From a bacterium (GTDB lineage Bacteria; Patescibacteriota; Microgenomatia; UBA10105; UBA927), in contig JAKAFY010000003.1 in the NCBI GenBank assembly GCA_021817785.1, positions 4,376 through 68,375 of the forward strand: 64,000 nt of DNA, read 5' to 3'. Shown in pieces: positions 60,736 to 64,000 of the stretch. Both the position numbers and the translations under genes were made by a program. How positions within the stretch are numbered: position 1 is the stretch's first letter; every line of letters begins with the position of its first letter. The notes beneath the pieces were generated by a model. It did not search any database and was not told the origin of the DNA. It worked only from the letters and a program-made list of their open reading frames with translations.

Positions 60736-62519
60736 TGTAACCAACCGTTAAATTTATTATACTCCAGCGTGTTTACGATGTCATGTTTCGTGCTCCACCC
60801 GCGTCGTGCCACCGATACGCCGTAGCGCATGAGCGTCATGTGCTCCGCAGCATGCGCGTCCGTGTCTATACAAAAGCGGATGCCCATGTTGCGGGCGTCA
60901 TACACCAATGTGTCGGGCAGATCCAGTCGTTCGGGGTATGCGTTTATTTCCAGCGCGATATCGTGTTGTTTTACCACCTCAAAGACGGCGGGCCAGTCCG
61001 CATCTATGCCTTCCCTGCTTCCCAGTAGTCTTCCGGTAGGATGCCCGAAGATCCGGACCTTTGGGTGGGCAGTCAACGCCCGGATCAATCGTGCAGTCAC
61101 GACCTCTCGTGGTTGCGTAAACGCGGAATGGACGGAAACGATGACGGCATCCACATATTCCAGTGCCTCATCCGGCAGAGCGAGTCTTCCGTCAGGCAGT
61201 ATATCCACTTCGCACATGAGGAAATAATGTGTTCGTCCTTTCACGCGGTCTTTCCACGAGGAATATTGGTGTTCATATGCAAGCCTCCGGCGCTTCATTA
61301 TGTCAACAATCTGTTGCTTCGTGTGGTTCGTTATTCCGGGATTATGATCGGAAAATCCGATGTACTCGTACCCCAGGCGTTCTGCCGTCGTCAGCAATTC
61401 CCCTATGGAATCCTTTCCCAAATCATGGGATGGCTCCAGATCATAATTGGAATGCGTATGCAGATCGCCGCGGATATCGCCAAGCTCGACAAGATCCGGC
61501 AATCCGCTGGGTCTCCCCTGTGCCCGACACAGAGAAGCGGATATCTCTCCGCGGTCTTCCCGCAGTTCAGGAGGTATATAGGTCAGCCCGATTGCTTTAT
61601 AAAACGACTCTTCGGTTTCATATTCGGTGAGTTTTCCGGTACGTACGGATTTTATGCCGTGTTCGGAAAGGGACAGTCCCCGGGATAACGCCAGCTCGCG
61701 AAGCTGTATATTGTGGTTTTTGGACCCGGTAAAGTACTGAAGCATGGCGCCGTACGCTTTCGGCGACTGTACCCGCAAATCTGCCTGTCTGCCGTTTGTC
61801 AAAAGCAGCGTCGCCCCGCGCGTACCCTGATCCACGATGCGCTGATGCGGAAACGAAACAAATTGTTCGATGATCGTTTGTGGCTCAGTCGTGGCTACTG
61901 CTATATCGATATCCCCGATCGTCGATACCTGCCTGCGCAGACTCCCCAACACGTCATATCGGGTGGCTTTTCCTTTCTTTTTTAGGTGAGCGATAAGTTC
62001 CTGCGCGATTTGGTCAGCATACGGCAATGGCATCCGGTTTTCTTTGATCTGCCCGCGCTTATAGATGGCTATAGACTCCAGGATGACACCCTGCGACTTC
62101 TCGCCGAATCCCTCAAGCGGCGCTATTTTCCCGGATTTTGCCGCTTTTTCGAGGTCGGAAACGACGGTTTTTGCGTTATCGAGCTTCAGCGTGGTTACCA
62201 ATGTGTATGCTTTCTTGGGGCCGATACCGGGAACCAGCAGCAATGGAAATATTGCCTGTGGTACTTTTGCGAACACACTCTCCCAATGTTTGGACTTGCC
62301 GGTTTTAAACAATTCATCCAGATTACTGGCGATTCCTCCTCCCACACCGGGGATATCTTCCAGTTTTCCATCATCCCACATGTCTTTGACGTCACTCGTC
62401 AGATGTTCGATGCTGTCGGCAGCCCGTTCATAGGCAATGATACGGAATCTGTTTTCGTTCAGGACTAAGTATGCCGCGGCTACTTTACGAAGCAATTGTG
62501 CGATCTCTAGATTGGTCAT
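60714..62519 (-). CDS. polX: DNA polymerase X with PHP domain
   Basis: GSLRR, GDIDI, YFTGSKNHN, PPELRE, GDLHTH, DTDAH. Confidence 0.95.
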   Translation of the reverse strand: MTNLEIAQLLRKVAAAYLVLNENRFRIIAYERAADSIEHLTSDVKDMWDDGKLEDIPGVGGGIASNLDELFKTGKSKHWESVFAKVPQAIFPLLLVPGIGPKKAYTLVTTLKLDNAKTVVSDLEKAAKSGKIAPLEGFGEKSQGVILESIAIYKRGQIKENRMPLPYADQIAQELIAHLKKKGKATRYDVLGSLRRQVSTIGDIDIAVATTEPQTIIEQFVSFPHQRIVDQGTRGATLLLTNGRQADLRVQSPKAYGAMLQYFTGSKNHNIQLRELALSRGLSLSEHGIKSVRTGKLTEYETEESFYKAIGLTYIPPELREDRGEISASLCRAQGRPSGLPDLVELGDIRGDLHTHSNYDLEPSHDLGKDSIGELLTTAERLGYEYIGFSDHNPGITNHTKQQIVDIMKRRRLAYEHQYSSWKDRVKGRTHYFLMCEVDILPDGRLALPDEALEYVDAVIVSVHSAFTQPREVVTARLIRALTAHPKVRIFGHPTGRLLGSREGIDADWPAVFEVVKQHDIALEINAYPERLDLPDTLVYDARNMGIRFCIDTDAHAAEHMTLMRYGVSVARRGWSTKHDIVNTLEYNKFNGWLHNKFESS

Positions 62520-62547
62520 AGTTCTTATAGTATAATGCAAAAGTTAA

Positions 62548-62897
62548 TGGGATCGTAGCTCCCGTCGTCGAGACCTTCGGTCACGACTGACGGGCCCGGC
62601 AGCACTACGAAGTTGTGCGTCGGGCAGCCGAGTATAAATATGTATTTTTATACATATGTACTAAAAAGTAAAAAGGATAATAAACTTTACATCGGTTCAT
62701 CGGGCGATATCAAAACAAGATTAAAAGCACACAATGCAGGAGAGGTAGAATCAACAAAATCGAGAAGACCTTTGGAACTGATATACTTTGAAGCGTGCAC
62801 AAGCAAGAAAAAAGCAGAAGATCGAGAATTATATTTTAAAACAGGATTTGGAAGAAAATTTTTAAAAAATAGATTGTAGCAATTGGGATCGTAGCTC
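62548..62897 (+). mobile_element. Putative GIY-YIG mini-element bounded by a duplicated tRNA-Asp 5' end
   Basis: TGGGATCGTAGCTC at 62548-62561 and 62884-62897. Confidence 0.6.
62640..62879 (+). CDS. Small GIY-YIG nuclease
   Basis: YTYVLKS..LYIG..RL..HN.G..STK.RRP..L.Y.E...A..RE...K. Confidence 0.9.
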   Translation: MYFYTYVLKSKKDNKLYIGSSGDIKTRLKAHNAGEVESTKSRRPLELIYFEACTSKKKAEDRELYFKTGFGRKFLKNRL

Positions 62898-62959
62898 AGC
62901 CTGGTTAGAGCGTCTCCCTGTCAAGGAGAAGGTCGCCGGTCCGAACCCGGTCGGTCCCG
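62885..62959 (+). tRNA. tRNA-Asp(GTC)
   Basis: Acceptor GGGATCG/CGGTCCC, anticodon loop CT-GTC-AA, T-loop TCCGAAC. Confidence 0.92.
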
Positions 62960-63110
62960 CATTGACATTTCTTAACGATCCCGAGTATATCGAGGGAGAG
63001 TTTAGAAATGACAATGCCCACCAACTATCGCTCTGTGAGCCGTTAGGCGAACAGCAAAGATATGGCGGGCTTACCCACTATCACTGCCTGGAACGGAGGA
63101 AATTTTTTAC

Positions 63111-63656
63111 ATGGTAGAACAACTTAAAAAACTTACCAATCCGGACTCACTCGTATCGTTATTTTTAGGTTTGGCAGTCGTGGTCGTCATCGGCGTCATG
63201 ATCGTCAACTACGTCAAAGGCAAACAAGCTCCGGCAACGAAAGACCAGACGACAGAGACGCAGCAAAATGCCACAACCTCCGGAACGTTACCTGCTACCT
63301 ATACCGTCGAATCCGGAGAAACACTCTGGAGTATCGCGGAAAAAACCATCGGAAGCGGGTATAACTATGTTGACATCGCAGAAGCCAACAAACTCATGAA
63401 TCCGAATCAGATCTCCGCTGGGGAAACCTTAACCATTCCGAATGTACCCAAACGGGAACCGGGACAGGTTTCATCGGCATCCGTGGAAACCCATAGACCG
63501 GCAGACGGCAAATATACCGTCCAAAAAGGAGATTCGCTTTGGAGTATTTCCGTCGCCGTATATGGCACCGGATATCGATGGAGCGAAATTGCGACACTCA
63601 ACAAACTGGAAGACCCGGGGCTTATCTTTAGCGGCAATGTTCTGATGCTGCCCTGA
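63111..63656 (+). CDS. Membrane-anchored double LysM protein
   Basis: YTVESGETLWSIA and YTVQKGDSLWSIS; N-terminal TM helix. Confidence 0.93.
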   Translation: MVEQLKKLTNPDSLVSLFLGLAVVVVIGVMIVNYVKGKQAPATKDQTTETQQNATTSGTLPATYTVESGETLWSIAEKTIGSGYNYVDIAEANKLMNPNQISAGETLTIPNVPKREPGQVSSASVETHRPADGKYTVQKGDSLWSISVAVYGTGYRWSEIATLNKLEDPGLIFSGNVLMLP

Positions 63657-63717
63657 GACAGTTTGCGAACCGTTTGTATTTGATATAATCCTGATAGACT
63701 GTCAGGATTGTTTTAGT

Positions 63718-63788
63718 GCGGGTATAGTACACTGGTAGTATGCGACCTTCCCAAGGTTGAGAAGAGGGTTCGATTCCCTTTACCCGCT
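63718..63788 (+). tRNA. tRNA-Gly(CCC)
   Basis: Acceptor GCGGGTA/TACCCGC, anticodon loop TT-CCC-AA, GGTTCGATTCC. Confidence 0.92.
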
Positions 63789-63789
63789 C

Positions 63790-63825
63790 AAAAAGAAAAT
63801 GGGTTTCTGCCCATTTTCCTTTTTG
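63790..63825 (+). terminator. Intrinsic terminator after tRNA-Gly
   Basis: GAAAATGGG..CCCATTTTC hairpin plus T run. Confidence 0.55.
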
Positions 63826-64000
63826 ACAGGGAAGGGATGAATACCTGATTGGTTCGACCGTGTCCCTCGTAGCCAGAATGGCGAAGTGGGATACCCTTTA
63901 CCCGCTCCAAAACAGACAGAAATGTGCATAAATTGACAGAAACGTTACACTAAATATCTAGTATGGACATCAACAAGTTCTTTAGTCCTTCTAAGAAACA

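Overview
Chromosomal segment of a small-genome bacterium using the standard code. Gene content, short HolA and AtpH, MurT/GatD, many leaderless-looking starts and abundant intergenic palindromes suggest Patescibacteria/Microgenomates (inference). Housekeeping genes include pgm, holA-like, rarA, metK with a SAM riboswitch, dinB, nth, otsA/otsB, rplS, pyrG, a full atp operon, dnaE, gatCAB, murT/gatD, htpX, lemA, polX and four tRNAs. There is a low-GC ORFan island at about 11-15 kb. The most striking signal is a four-helix-bundle (23S-IVS/Avd-like) gene wedged between murT and gatD. It is enclosed by oppositely oriented arrays of 8-9 bp AAAGT/ACTTT units. Three gene-less copies of the same two-armed array lie at the atpA/atpG, gatA/gatB and polX/lemA junctions, all with the same polarity relative to the mRNA. 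The window also has a RAYT with REP-like palindromes, a GIY-YIG gene bracketed by a duplicated tRNA-Asp 5' end, 3'-end duplications behind the other three tRNAs, repeat-bounded ORFans and an OtsA with a membrane sensor-like extension. No CRISPR array, rRNA, reverse transcriptase or prophage was seen. All product calls are from motif recognition, not database searches.
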